Notes under the pieces: generated by a model
What the model was told of the DNA's origin: nothing
The model's database searches: none
The model's input: only the letters and a program-made list of their open reading frames with translations
In this document: positions 24,517 through 37,125 of the stretch, piece after piece
Numbering within the stretch: position 1 is the stretch's first letter
Layout: each line of letters starts with the position of its first letter
Position numbers and translations under genes: made by a program
Source: Ramazzottius varieornatus
Lineage: Eukaryota; Animalia; Tardigrada
Assembly: GCA_001949185.1 (NCBI GenBank)
Contig: BDGG01000004.1
Location: 2,195,620 to 2,259,619, forward strand
Length of the DNA stretch: 64,000 bases
Direction of reading: 5' to 3'

Positions 24517-26075
24517 TCAACCGACAAACAGTGATCGTCCGCACAATAGAGGGGTTGTTCCAGGCAGCAAGTTAGTAAATACGAGTATGATAGTTTTTGA
24601 TGTCGCAAGTCACGGCAAGTGTCGAACTTTCGAAGATTCATCAAACGAAAAGATACGGAAAAGCGGAGAATTCAGGAAATCTCACGTTATGTCGCATACA
24701 GTCAGCGCTTACCGCTGACTGTGAGAGAGATGCAATCAAGTAATCAAGTAGCGAAGTGCGGGTGCGGTGTTTAGTGGTGTGGTATGTGGTTGAGCTAGTT
24801 CTAGTCAGTGAGCAACGAAGACACGTTGAAGGCAAAGTTCGCAAACCTTTGAAGACATTTCGACGGTAAAGTGCTGCGAAGGCAAAGCATACCAAGCCTG
24901 CATTCGAGGCCATACCCTCTTGAACGGAAAATAGGAAGGGAATTCCTGATATTCCTATTTTCCTATTTTCCTTTTCCACAATTCTCTGATGGAAACTTGG
25001 AATTCCAAAACACTGCGAAAAGGTATGTTGTCGTGGGGTATATCGATCAAGTTGTGCACTTTCTACGCGAATAATGCTTCTACCATGCGGACGAATGCCT
25101 CTTCGGTCCAAAGTATTCCTACTGACCGTCAGATATCACAGCCACGTCGAAAAAGCTGACCATGCATCCTATAAAACCCACCATTTTTGTGGGTTCGAGA
25201 ATCTGAAAAACAGCGGAATTCCTCATTGAATTCCTACTAGCTTTCCAGATTACGCCTGTTTTCCAGAATAGGAATTCCACCGTTCCGAACCCTCACCCCT
25301 TGGAACAGAGGGGAATTCATGGAAAGGAACAGAATGTGGAAAGGAATAGAACTTGGAATGTACAACCCTAGATCTGACGATAAAAATGGCCGCTACTGAT
25401 GTGAGCTCTGCTAGTACAAAAGACATTTCGCAGGGTTTTTCCGTTCAGTTTTTTTCCGCTCGGTTCCGCTTAGTTTTGAAAATTTTGGAAACAGTCCGTT
25501 TGGTTTCCAAAACTGCAAACGGTTTTATGCTCTGTGCAGCACGATGGTCAGCAGGCTGACAGCAGCTCGTCAGTGCTGTCAAACAGTCAGAGTGGGTTCG
25601 CAACCTGATGCTATCTCAAGATTGAAAATCCCGATTCTTGTATCCCCACTCCTAGGTTTCTTCTCTAACCCCCAGATCTCAGGGGCTGTTGTATGGACAT
25701 ACTGTGGCACTACATCCCGTTATTGACGTCACTGTAGTCAATCCAGGATCGTTATCAGAAGCACGCTGGGACTGCGCTACGAAGAAGATGGGAGCACATA
25801 TATCGGTTATCTGCGACTGGCTTACTGGATGGAACGGAAATCTTGTTTGACTTCTTTCCATATTGGTAGTACTGTACTTCCGAACGGACGTTCATGGAGA
25901 AGATGGCTATTTCTGGTAAGCTTGCCTTGCTGGCGGGCATCAGTAGCATATATAATACTGGCCTAATGTTGTATGATACTCCAAGGCATATCTATGTCCA
26001 AGGTGTATTGATGGTATCCAAAAGTCATGTCGTTACACAGGGACTAACACGCAGGCAACCAGGACGGAAGACCTG

Positions 26076-29000
26076 ATGGATTTGTCGGACAGCCCTGCTC
26101 AGAATTTCTTCCAGGATAACCTTCTGCAGTACTATGCAAGGCCCATCTATCCCGTGAACTTCCCCTCTTTGACAAGCATACCTGTGGACAAGATGAACCG
26201 CAGACTCTCATTCGACATGCAGAACGGCTCAGTTGCTTATCGAAAGAAATCGTCGAATTCATCGGCGCTCTTGAACAGTTTCCCAGGAACGCCGTCAAGC
26301 GGACATCGTTCGCTAATCATTCCACACAGCCACACACTCCATCAGTTCCCTGCTACACCACTCACTCGTCCCATCAACAGCTGCCCGAACCTCAGCGATA
26401 CCAAAGCGATCACGGATAATGTTGTTACAGAGTTCCAAAGAGGGAAGATGGAGCTTTTGAGGCAAACTGGCAACCTGATCGACCTCGGAGCACCTCCGCC
26501 TTCCACCAAGAGCTCCCTGAAAGCTGATCTGCACTTCTTCGATCCGTTACTACGCCCGCTTTCCGAATCTTCCGAATCCTCTTCCGGTGGATCGCCGCTC
26601 GTTAACGAAGGAATTTTCCATAACTGGGAGACATTTGACGATAGCGATGATTCGTGGATAACACGGAGAGTTTCGCGAGAAGTTCCTGATGAAGCCTTCT
26701 CAGACAAGGCAGTCGCTCTTTCCATACCCGATATTCCACAAGACAGACGCTCACCAAAACCTACCTTCGATGCCGCGAACCACAAACTCGCAGTTCTTCA
26801 AGTCAAAGCAGAGTGTGAAAGCTTACGGAGTTTCTACAGAATGGTCTACCGTCTCCATAATGATTTCCAGTATGACGACGAATTGACGAACATTGGGTTC
26901 ATTCGGTCGCCGATGGTGGAAGAGTTCCAACGGACATTAACGGGTTCGATTCGGCTGGTTGTCCTGCACAATGCCACCGAGTCGGTGACTTCGTTTGACT
27001 GTGACGTCCAGACCACGGTGGAACATGCTATTAGCCACGTCTTGTTCGAAATCAAAGGGGATCAGGCATCGCTGATGCAGATAAATCGGTACATCTTCCG
27101 GATCCATGGCAGGATGGACTGCCTTTCTGGGGAGTCGCCGCTGTCCGACTACCAGCAAGTACATCTTTGCTGCAAGAACGGCACCCCGCTCAAGGTTGGT
27201 GTGTTTCCCTTCATAGTATCAAGTTTTTCCCGTAGCGGGTAAGGAGGATAAGTCGGTCACCTCTAATATAATTTATACGCGATGACGTATGGTAGTGGTT
27301 TAAGGGGTGGCCGATTCACTAGCTATGGCCGACGTCACGCCGATGTGTCTTTCGAACTGTGTGTACTACCGTACTTGTGCTATCGTTCTTTATTAGAAGA
27401 CAATTATGGTGATGATGGGTTTCCTTTCAGCTGGTTTTGCTCGACTTAAACGATCACAACGAAATGCGGCGGACGCTTGATGATGACCAGCGACCTTTCT
27501 CCATCGATGATCTAGCGAAGAGACCGCGCGACCCTTCCCGCGAGGACGTTTCGATCCTGATAGACGTCTTCGAGGGCGAAGTGGACAAGTTCACTAACGC
27601 CTTTTACGCCAAGGTGGCGGACTTGTCAGTAACATACCAGGGAGTATTCCAAGCGGTGAAGGCCATCAGCCGGAAGTTACGCAGCTTGGAACCAAGCTTC
27701 CTGACGGAGAAGGTCGAACAGTTATTTTCCTTTACACATTCTGAGATCTCGCATAATCTGGCCGAAGAAACATTGAAGATGGTTCTTGGAGACCTACGTA
27801 AAGCCATTAGTACGTACAGTATTCAGAAGTTAAATGTTAGAAAGCTTCAAAAGTTTCTTTGTGCATTGTAGTTACGCTATTCCAAATTTTCACCTCCACC
27901 TTCCGGTCTCCCTTCACACTACCAAGTTTGACGAACGTGGTCAAAGGTCGAAAGGAGATGATAACGGTTCTTGACTCCTGTCGATTCAAGATTGACTCGG
28001 TACACAACCTACCTCCGGAATGGAAACTGCATTACAGCCAGTTTTACTTCTCCGCCTCGCTCAACTACGGACCTCAAGTACTTCACGTCCCGGTGAAGAC
28101 GGAAGTCGTGACCATCACGGAAAGCTTCTTCTCAAAACTCACGTTCGAAGACTGGTACTGTACTACCTCCAAGGTTTCGCGCAGTCACGTGACAAGCCAG
28201 TAAATATTGCGTAGCGGGGATGAAACACTTCGCTGCCATCAATCAAAAATTCCTGGCCAATCAAGCACAGCAATGTGCCACAATCAAACAATCAGTGATA
28301 TCAGGCCCCGGTGTAATTCACTGATCTCTCACGTGACTGCGCGAAAGCTTAGAGGTAATACAGTAAGAAGTTTCTCAGAACCCTGGTCTGGCGTTTTCGC
28401 ATTTGGTTTGTTTCCCCTCAGGATTGAATTTCGCTCAATAAGTATATGCAGTCTTCCTCGCGAAAGCAAAGTGGTGCTTTGCCTCTACGCCATCCCCGGT
28501 GGCAGTGGTGGTGACCCTGAAGTTAAGCCTATGGAAACCAGTACCGCGCCGGTTCTTCTCGGCTGGAACTCCTTCTTCCTGTTCGACTGTGACTGGGACA
28601 TATCAGCCACAGCGACGTGTCATTTGGCTCAAGGTGACAAGATCATCGGGTTGTGGCGGACGGAACCGGTTCTGGTGGAAGGACCAGCGCTAAGCGGTGT
28701 AGCCGATGTCTCCACTCCACTTCTCTGGATCGTTCTGCCGGAGTACGACGACGAAGTAATCTTCCCCGCAGTACTTCACAGCAGCTCATACGCTGTCAAG
28801 AAAGACTTTGAAAAGCTCGATGAACAGACTCAGGAAAAGATTCAGGATATCCTCTCCCGAGATGTTTTGCAGCAGATATCGTCGGTGGAAAAAGAACTCA
28901 TCTGGGAGAAACGCCACTACCTCCATTCTTGTTCGAACGCCTTGCCGAGAATATTGGAATCGGCCATTGGATGGGACTGGTATGAAACGTTGTCATATAA

Positions 29001-32000
29001 ACTTGTCTATTTGTAATCAATTCCTTCCTTCCTGTAGGGCTTCGTTAGCGGACATATACGCCATTCTAGACACCTGGCCTCAGCTCAGCCCTGTCGAGGC
29101 GATGCATCTGTTACTTAATCAGTACGCAGTTTTTTCCCATATTTGTACTGTGGTTTACAACATTCGTCATACTGGGTTGCGGTTCATGTCAAAGTTTTGC
29201 AGGTTCCCAGACGAGGAAGTTAGGCGCTACGCCGTCAACTGTATCCGTCAGTCGTCGACCGAAGCACTAGCCAGATTTCTTCCGCAGCTCGTCCAAGCCA
29301 TCAAGCTGCAGAACTATGATGCTAACGCTCTGACCAAGTTCCTTATGGAGAGCGCCCTGCATAACATCCACATCGCCCACGACCTGTACTGGTGAGCTGC
29401 TGCATAACGTTCCCATTTGTACTCATTCAAATGTTGTACTCATTCAAATGTTCAAAATTGTTCTAGGTAGAATTTTCAAACTCTGGTCTGTTGCAGGTGC
29501 CTAAAAGAAAACATTTACTGCGCCAAGTTGGGTTTCCGTTACCGTTTGATCTTGAACGCGCTGCTGAACCTATCAGGGAGAGCGGTTCGGGAAAACTTCG
29601 TTCGTCAGGAACACCTGGTGAACAGTCTGACGGAAGTTGCGGTGGCGGTCAAAGCGGCTCGCGATGCACAGCGAACATCCACTCTTACTCAGTGTCTTTC
29701 CCGTACTCAATCGCTCTTCGCTGATGGTCCCATTTTCCTGGCGATTAATTCCGCTTGGAAGGTGATGGATATCGATGTGGCGTCATGCTGCTACTTCCCG
29801 TCGATGACGGTCCCGATAAAGTTGTCTTTTAAAAGCATCGATGCTGACGCCGATCTTATTCATGTGATATACAAGTGCGGAGATGATCTGCGACAGGACC
29901 AACTGGTCATGCAGCTCATCCGCATCATGGACAAAATGTGGCAGCTCAGTAATCTCGATCTCAAGATGGTCACTTTTACTATTCGTCAAACCGACGTCCG
30001 CAAAGGTGGGTCTTGTTTCGCTGAAGTCATCTCAGAATAGTCGGCAACAGACGGGCCCGTATTTCGCGTACCTGCATATAGACACGCCCCAGTAATTATA
30101 TGGGACAATGTATGCAGGTTTGCAGTATCGATATCTTTACTCATATGTTGATGCGATCTGCAGTATTCGGCTGTATACTGATAGGGCTACGCTGTTGTTT
30201 CTAGGGTTTATCGAAGCGATCATGAACGCCGAAACCTTGCGGAAGATTCAAGTGCAGCATGGTGTTACGGGAGCCTTCAAAGACAAACCGTTAGCTTCCT
30301 GGTTGCTGAAGAACAACCCGTCGGAAGCCGAGTATCGAAAGGCTAGCGACAACTTCACGAAGTCGTGTGCCGGATACTGCGTTGCCACCTACGTCCTAGG
30401 CGCTTGCGACCGACACAGCGACAACATCATGATCACACACGACGGATGCATGTTTCATATTGATTTCGGGAAATTTTTAGGTATTATTGTATTGTACTTC
30501 TTGGGTTAATTGTGTTGATGACAGTTTCGCAATTCTCAGGCGACGCCCAAATGTTCGGAGCCATCAAACGCGACCGAGGTAACAGCCATGGAATCACGAG
30601 TCTCAGAGGTTCAATTCACGGTCTTTCATGTTTTAGTTCCGTTCGTTCTGAGCTCGGACATGGTCTACGTCATCAACGGTGGCGAGAAACCGTCCATCCA
30701 GTTTCAGGAATTCGTGGACTTGTGCTGCCAGGCCTTCAACGTTCTTCGCCGCAACGGCAACACGTTGATCACACTCTTCGAACTGATGATCTTCAGCGAC
30801 ATTCCGGGCATCTCACGTGACGCCTCGAAGTATATTCAGCGAGCGCTGATGATGGAGTTGAACGAGGCGGAAGCCACAGCCAGCTTCACGCGTCTCATCG
30901 AGGAAAGTGTCAAGTCGTGGTTCACCCACTTCAACTTCTTTCTGCACAACCTGGCGCAGCTGCGGTTCTCCGCGCAGAACTCCAAAGGCCAAATGTTGTC
31001 GTTTGCCGCGAAGGCTTACTCACACACAACTGAACCACGCATTCTCAACATTGAGTGCTTTGGCTACCAGAAACGATATGACCCTCAGAAATACTATGTG
31101 TACATTCTGAAAGTGTTTCGGGAAAGCCAACGAGAACCCACATTTGTCTTCCGATCGTACCTGGAACTGGTGGAGCTGTACGAGAAGCTGTGCATGATGT
31201 TCCCGTCAGCTAAGTGGCGACATACGCTGTCGAAAGGTAGCCGCATTGGAAGAACTAATGTCCAGAACGTCGCTCAGAAGAGGCTGACCGATGTCCAGCA
31301 GTTTGTACAGAGCTTGGTTGGCCAACCGGAAGAAGTCTTTCATGTAAAAGATAACATTCTTTCATCTGAAAATTTGGCTTTTGAAAATCTGTGGATCTCT
31401 TTGCAGTGTGATTTGGTCTATACATTCTTCCACGCTCTCGCACGGGACGCCAATGATATGCAAACAGACAAGAAAGGTATTGAGCTGACGCGGTCCGTGT
31501 CGGAGAAAGAGCCCGAAAGTCCGCGCTCGACGACGAATCGAGGTCTCATTAAACTGTCTATACACTACAAAGAGAATCAGGGCTTGTGTGTCTTGGTGAA
31601 CCATGCTAAAGACCTGGTAAAGGCCTTCGTCTCTTTTCCCGGAAGCTTCTCAAACATACATTAACGCTTCGATTCTCGTATTACATAGATCCTCACCGAA
31701 GGCAGTGCACCGGATCCATACGTGAAGACTTATCTCTATCCGGACATTTCCCGAACCACAAAGAAGAAAACGAAAGTCGTAAGGAAGACGCGTCATCCCA
31801 CGTTCAACGAAATGGTAGGCTCTTATTTTTGAATGGGAATATGAGTTGGACTGATCTTTTGGGTAAATTGCAGTTGCTATACCGGATACCGCTAGCTGAA
31901 GTGAAGTACCGTGTTCTGAAAGTCACTGTGTGGAACTACGATCGATTCAAGGAGAACCAGTTCCTTGGTGGAGTAGCCATCAACTTGGAGACCTTTGATC

Positions 32001-32047
32001 TGTCAAAGGAGGTTGTGGACTGGTATCCGCTTGTGGGTACCAGATAG
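26076..32047 (+). CDS. PIK3C2: Class II phosphatidylinositol 3-kinase (RBD, C2, helical, kinase, PX, C-terminal C2)
   Basis: [87 protein letters not shown] region [13 protein letters not shown]2 region [30 protein letters not shown]. Confidence 0.97.
28158..28363. mobile_element. Small TA-flanked MITE in a PI3K intron
   Basis: Inverted repeat of about 35 bp CTGTA(C/T)TACCTC(C/T)AAG(G/C)TTTCGCGCAGTCACGTGA at both ends; TA at 28156-28157 and 28364-28365. Confidence 0.75.
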
Positions 32048-32636
32048 GCGCGACGTAGCGTGGGCCGTTGGTCTTTCAATTGCAGATCATTTTTATGGTG
32101 GATATGTGATACCTCGTACTCTATGGGAATTTCCCGGTAACCTCGATTTTTGAAGCCGTAGACGTCTTCGCTTTCAGTCTTGTCAAGTATTCGGTGTTGA
32201 TGGGCAGCTACGTTAGCGTTCTTTGCAAAGCAGAGCAGTGCATGGAGTTATGTTTTATCAACGTCTTTTTATGTGCATTTTAGAATCACCATATGTTTTC
32301 TGTTTTAATGCTAAGTATCTTAAGTATGTTGTTTTATCTCATTTGGGAGAAGAGTATAAACTTCATCTTGATCAACGAAAAACAAGAAGAGCAGTCGCCG
32401 TCAAAGTGAATAATGGGGGCAGTGGACTAACAAGAGTTGTCTGACGCAGATAAGACTTGAAAATAACAATCTGATGAAAAATCGGTAAAAAAGAAGGGCA
32501 CAGTTCGTAGTACACACGTGGAAGTATTAAAAAGTATCACATTAGCACAAATCAAGGCTCTCGTGGGTGGCTATATACTGGCAAAGAAACAGTATTGGGC
32601 AAACTCTGCATAAACCGTTCCGATTTGATCATTCGA

Positions 32637-34513
32637 TCACTCGTCGTCGCTGAGTGAATCGGGTCTACGCCCAGTTTCCAGATCGACCATCTCCGAAGGC
32701 AGAGGATCTCTCGTTCTCTGGCGTAACTCGTGGGGCTTGTTCGCCCCGGTTAGTGAGCAACATTTGGGACTAGCATCGCAGCAACGGCAAGCGTCGGGAG
32801 ACATGACACCTCCTCCATTCGGATTAGCCGCATCGTGCTAAAAAAAGAAGGATTTTCAACAACCTTACACAAAGTTGAGAAAATAACGGAAGCTAACTGC
32901 GTGAAATAGTTCGGGCTGAATAGCGACTTCCGAAATTCCCTCTTCTCGAAAGAACTTGTGGATCTCCGCACTGACTCCTACATATTCCAGCAACGAGGAA
33001 CATACTAAGTGACATGTGACTACGGTGTGGTAGCGCGAGGTCCTCCATAGGTGGAAGTCGTGTATGTTCAGAATCTGTGGAAACTGAAACAGCGAAATAC
33101 CGTTAGCGTGAAAGCCATCTACAAAATCACAGAGGAAACTACTCAGTCAGTCGAGCACCTTTTGTAATAAGCGCTTCTGGATGGCGTGGATGTCAATCTG
33201 GGTAGGTATGGTCAGCATCAGGGCCAAGCCCGACTCTTTGGCGGCGCGGAAGAGCGTGGCACCCAAGACGAAGACTTGTAGTATGCAGACGGAGGGATCA
33301 ACGTAGTAGCACCAGTCGGTCTGGATGTAGAATATGTAGATAACTCCGCATGTGATGATCAGTATGGGTCCGATGAATTCGCGAATGACGGCCACTCCTA
33401 CGTTGGGGTATATGACCGGAGGTCTCTGGACTTTGTGCGGAGAGACACCGCCGTCATCCACAGTTGCTGGACAGTTTGCCGGTGACTCCACGCAAATCTC
33501 AATGCCCGCGGTCTGTGTGTATGAGACGCGAAAGTTGCGGCTAGAATCTCGGCTAGCTATAAAGAGGAAACAGACATATCTCACTATCCAATTGTTTTCC
33601 CCGTTTCATCTGCAAATAGTTGGTCACCATATCGTCCGGCAAAGGTGATAAGAGCCAGTGCAAGTCGGACACCTCCAAGAATCGTTACTTTGACAGGCCT
33701 AAAATATCATACGGAAATTAAATAAGGCGTTGGCAAAGCATTCTTTCCTAATCGCAATGCACTTTGGGCAATGTCATAACAAGTTTTAAAGCTGAGCTTC
33801 AAGTCAAAGTTTTCGGGAAAATGCCGCTTCCGCCTTTGCTGTCTGATCACCGACCGGTGAACAGCAATGACACTGGGCTATTTGAACAATGGAGGAAATC
33901 ACCCTACTCGTGCATGCCATGGGTGTGCGATTGATGTCCCGACAGGTGGATCAGCTGCTGTACGGATTCCACGAGGGCGGAGAAACTCAGCGACGCCAGG
34001 AAAGTCGCGTTGAAAAGCTGAAACATGAAGGACAAATTTTAGCTTCGACGAACAAGGAAGCATATCTTAGGAATAGCTGCGCGTACTCACGTTGCCCAAG
34101 AACTCAATACGTGCCCAACCGAACGTGTTCTTCACCGAGCGAGTATTTCTCAACTACAACGCAACCATTTTAGACACATACGTCAGTCAGTTCCTGGCTA
34201 ATTAGCGTTCTTACTGTGTTCGGTATACCTTGAGATCAATTAGAACAACTATCAGTGAGCCGACGATATACAGGACGTAATTCGAGTCCATGCGCAGCGT
34301 CAGCGAATGTGTAATGTGACTGAGAACCAGCGACGCACCTACAGACAACATTTTTATTAAGAGCCGTATGCATATAACATAATCCGGCCCTGGACACAGC
34401 CTAGCCGCCCGAGCAAATTTGCATCTCTCACCGAAGTAAATAGTGTTGATAACCAGCAGGAGAACGACGTAGACGGTATGCGAGGCTTCCGTGGGATGTG
34501 TTTGATCAGCCAT
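32637..34513 (-). CDS. Cation diffusion facilitator (ZnT/SLC30, ZnT1/10-like) with a non-canonical metal site
   Basis: ITHSLTLRMDS, KNTFGWARIEFLGN|LFNATFLASL, DWCYYVDPS, KESGLALMLTIPTQIDIHAIQKRLL, HDFHLW; Cys-rich C-terminus. Confidence 0.85.
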
Positions 34514-35655
34514 GGTAATCAGCTGTTCGGTGCAGAGAATCGCGTCAGTTAGCCCAGCATATCCTTCAAATAAAGAACAAACAAACTTATTCCACGACTC
34601 TACGTTGTTTCACGATACAAATACGCTAGGCTGTCGTAACTCTTCCAGGGGCTCAGCGCATGTTCCGAAGCAAAAGGCGTCTGTAGTTAGCAACCCATAA
34701 ATCAGCGTAATTAGCCAACAGGAAAAGATACCTTCTACGGATATTGTCTTGCGTCACTTCCACCTCTGACCTGGCGATACACGTGCGTGAAGAGGAATCC
34801 ACGCGCTGGTGAAAGGTTTCAAAACATGCTGCAAACTCGTCTTGGTCTCCAAATGGCCGCGAGGAAGTTGCAACCCAGTTTGCACGATGACAAAGCATGC
34901 AAAGGCTGCATGACGTTCCGTATCGATAGTCAAAAGTCTTCAAAGATGCGCCGTCCACGCGATAACTTCAAAAATCTAACTTAGATAGTGACAGAATCAA
35001 ATCGATGCACCATTACCAGTCTTTACTGATATGATATTCTGATAAGGGGAAAGTCTGGAACTTGTCATTTTCAAGAATCGAGACGGAAGTGGAAGACGGA
35101 AACGGTGGAATTTGACCCAGAAGATCCTGCGCAGACAGGGCACCATTGATGACTCATTCAGCGAATACCTCACACTGGCTAGTCAGTAAGTCATGACTGA
35201 TGATGGCCATGGTGTGATGTCAATGTGGAACTTGACTTCCGGGTTCCCTGAAACTCTCCAGTCTCCTTATATAATCCCTAACGCTATCGGGCAACTCACA
35301 CTTGTGGCTTAAAAGCCCTACTTTCATATAAGCGAGAGACCGGTGCGGTTCTGTAAATTTATCAGCAGAAAATTGTGCCTTGGGCGAATGACCACAGGTC
35401 TCCAGATACCCCCCGTCAGTTTCCGGTATGAAAATTTTGGGGATGATTTTCTCCGATCATTTACTAAAGATCATGAAAGCTGAAAATTCAAAACACAGGA
35501 GACTTTACATGGTTATTCTTACACAGTCACTTTACATAGTTATTGTGAACGCGGCTTGGTCAGTTGAAAGATGCCGTGGTCTTTACTGTATTTGGCGGCC
35601 CAGGAGTGGTAGAGGTTCTGGAAGTTCCCGGTCGCCGTCTTCCGGATCCCCGCGG

Positions 35656-36535
<880 letters not shown>

Positions 36536-37125
36536 TTCCAAGAAGCTCTAGACGTTCTAGAAGTTAGGACGGGGACAACGAAGACTCCCCGCACTTGGAC
36601 CGAATCCGGTCTTCACCGACAAGAGATACGAAAAGTAATACAGAGTCTATTGAAAGTTGAAACACTGATCCGAGGATAGTCCTTTTTCGAAACTTTGAAA
36701 CGGAAACAGAGCTCCGAACGTTTCCGATATCTACGTTCCGTAACCTGAGCTACCTTACCCTGCATGTTGCACACCTTAGTTAGCTAACACGTTCGCCACC
36801 AACATTGCGGTCGATCGATATACAGGACTTCTGCCAGAGCTTGTGGACGGCGTGGGGGAACCTACCTTCGACAGCAGATTTCACTCGGAGATAATGAATA
36901 GTCACTGCTCGATCAATAATCCGTCGAACTTTTCTTCCTATTGCTATTCCTGGGACACACGGTAGTGTTACTCTTACTGCTTGGCGCTCGTGCAGTGAAT
37001 CCAGAAAAGCATGCAGAAATTTATCACAGCGACTTCAGCCTACATTGAACCTTGGACAACTGGATCTTCGAAATTCAGGCCAAGTATCTATCTACCGGCA
37101 GCACATGAAAACTATTACTCATCAG

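Larger units (their letters stand above)
19930..24898. mobile_element. Mutator-like (MULE) DNA transposon, about 4.97 kb, decayed
   Basis: TIRs of about 70 bp beginning GGCTTG(C/G)TATGCTTTGCCTTCGCA(T/G)CACTTTACCGTC; 9-bp TSD TGCATTCGA at 19921-19929 and 24899-24907; MULE transposase motifs inside. Confidence 0.93.
19913..25370. mobile_element. Middle hAT-type MITE (about 480 bp of own sequence)
   Basis: 8-bp TSD GATCTGAC at 19905-19912 and 25371-25378; imperfect TIR TAAGGTTTTGCATTC vs revcomp TAGGGTTGTACATTC; GGAA/GGAAT-rich subterminal repeats in 24908-25370. Confidence 0.8.
19659..25534. mobile_element. Outer hAT-type MITE (about 410 bp of own sequence) hosting nested insertions
   Basis: TIR TAGAGCATAAAAATGGTTTGC vs revcomp CAGAGCATAAAACCGTTTGC; shared inverted CTAAGCGGAACCGA; 8-bp TSD TGCAGCAC at 19651-19658 and 25535-25542. 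Confidence 0.85.

Noticed and set aside
29418-29452. 17-bp tandem duplication (ttgtactcattcaaatg x2)
   Set aside because: Ordinary intronic slippage duplication.
34653-34958. 101-aa minus-strand ORF upstream of ZnT
   Set aside because: Splicing to the next acceptor hits a stop before the ZnT ATG; at most a uORF.
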